Source: Ktedonobacterales bacterium
Lineage (GTDB): Bacteria; Chloroflexota; Ktedonobacteria; Ktedonobacterales; DATBGS01
Length of the DNA stretch: 64,000 bases
Reading direction: 5' to 3'
Assembly (NCBI GenBank): GCA_036557285.1
Contig: DATBHW010000007.1
Coordinates: 17,657-81,656 of the forward strand
Below are positions 63,276 to 64,000 of this stretch, one piece after another. Below the pieces are notes generated by a model. It saw nothing but the letters and a program-made list of their open reading frames with translations. It was not told the DNA's origin and searched no databases. Both the position numbers and the translations under genes were made by a program. Position 1 is the stretch's first letter. Each line of letters begins with the position of its first letter.

Positions 63276-64000
63276 GTGTCAGAACCATCCTACAATCCAG
63301 CCAATTCAGCATCCGAGGCGTCAGCGATGCCCCCGCTGCCAGCCGCTGCGGCTATTGGAGGCTATGTGATCGACCGGCTTCTCAGCAGCGGGCCGAACGG
63401 GAACAGCTACCTGGCGCATACCCGCGCAGGGGGCAGCGGAACGTATCACATCAGCGAATATCCAGCGAGCGAGGAGCGCCCCATAGCGGCGCTGGCGAAG
63501 CTCCGGCTGGAGCATCCCGCCTTGCTCGCGCCACGCGAGGCGCTGGCGCTCGGCGAGCGCGCCTATATTATCACCGCGCTGCCACAGCAGGCGCAGCCGA
63601 TTGGCGCGCTCCCTCCGTTGGAGGCTCTGCGCCAGATTATTACTATCGGTGAGGCGCTGGCCTATTTGCACAGCCAGGGGGTGGCCCACCTGCGCGTTCA
63701 GCCTGCCAGCATCGTCCTGGCGCCTGGCGGAGCCTGCCTTTGCGGCCTGGAAGACGCCCAGATGGTGCGCATCGGTGGAGATGACGCGCGCCTGCTCTTT
63801 GAGCGCGACGCCAATTTCCTGGCCCTCACGCTGGGCGCACTGGCGGGAATTGATCAGGCCCGGGAAAACAGCGGCGTGCTGGCGCGGGCTATCGGCAAGA
63901 TACGTGAGCATGGCAGCAGCCACAGCTATCAGTCTGTCGCCCAGGTCATCGTAGATTGTCAGCAAGCCCTGGGAACACTTCAGGCATCAGGCCGACCCGG
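63276..64000 (+). CDS. Kinase-like protein (probable pseudokinase), 3' end outside the window; absent from the ORF track because it has no stop in the window
   Basis: Same frame as the upstream kinase. GGAG lies 8 nt before the GTG at 63276 (alternative ATG at 63327). No stop through 64000. 'IGGYVIDRLLSSGPNGNSYLA', 'LEHPALL', 'ALAYLHSQGVAHLRVQPASIVL' and 'CLCGLEDA' are kinase-like, but the VAIK Lys, HRD Asp and DFG are not conserved. Confidence 0.6.
   Translation, partial: MSEPSYNPANSASEASAMPPLPAAAAIGGYVIDRLLSSGPNGNSYLAHTRAGGSGTYHISEYPASEERPIAALAKLRLEHPALLAPREALALGERAYIITALPQQAQPIGALPPLEALRQIITIGEALAYLHSQGVAHLRVQPASIVLAPGGACLCGLEDAQMVRIGGDDARLLFERDANFLALTLGALAGIDQARENSGVLARAIGKIREHGSSHSYQSVAQVIVDCQQALGTLQASGRP

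Noticed and set aside
63321-63965. 214-aa minus-strand ORF at the right edge
   Set aside because: It is antisense to an open plus-strand frame that has an SD, kinase-like motifs and continuity with the upstream kinase operon.

Overview
High-GC bacterial chromosomal window. The gene content (PQQ-propeller Ser/Thr kinases, DUF4388/PATAN proteins, an intein-laden class II RNR, Pro/Gln/Tyr-rich linkers) suggests Chloroflexota/Ktedonobacteria, but that is an unverified inference. Most of the window is housekeeping: fchA-like/folD, coaE, an ABC-F ATPase, tldD/pmbA, pyrE, NfeD-stomatin, leuB, cinA, tsaC, an M50 protease, an MFS pump and a YbdK-type ligase.

The stretches that deserve attention are:
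1. The left edge (1-4450) holds the 3' end of a DISARM-like defence module: a DrmA-type helicase C-terminus translationally coupled to a stand-alone DUF1998 protein. It is followed by a truncated third gene, an AT-richer patch and a multiply frameshifted IS transposase, so this is a decayed island junction.
2. A co-directional minus-strand block of about 20.8 kb (42874 down to 22077) contains a membrane-anchored Mrr-like nuclease, a class II ribonucleotide reductase interrupted by two LAGLIDADG inteins and preceded by a promoter with tandem NrdR-type boxes, and a deoxynucleoside kinase. It continues with a PAS histidine kinase/OmpR pair and a Pil-Chp/Tax-like chemosensory cluster: a two-receiver protein, a long DUF4388 protein, two CheY, CheW, a sensor-less MCP with a Q/N/G/Y/P-rich repeat tail, and a 1482-aa two-Hpt CheA-REC hybrid. 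No CheB or CheR is present in the window.
3. Two related intergenic repeat families are built around a REP-like 'GTAG + GC palindrome' unit. One copy is a perfect REPIN-type hairpin, and a 58-bp internal module occurs in opposite orientations at two loci.
4. Smaller items include a doubly palindromic operator embedded in a near-consensus ArsR-family promoter, a 9-bp x3 tandem repeat plus inverted copy in front of the dNK gene, an IclR-PrpD-ComA-family mini-operon, and a Ser/Thr kinase followed by an unlisted pseudokinase-like frame that runs off the right edge.

I recognised no rRNA, tRNA or CRISPR array. All calls come from reading motifs in the supplied translations and the DNA; no database search was possible. 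Coordinates of non-ORF features may be off by 1-2 nt.
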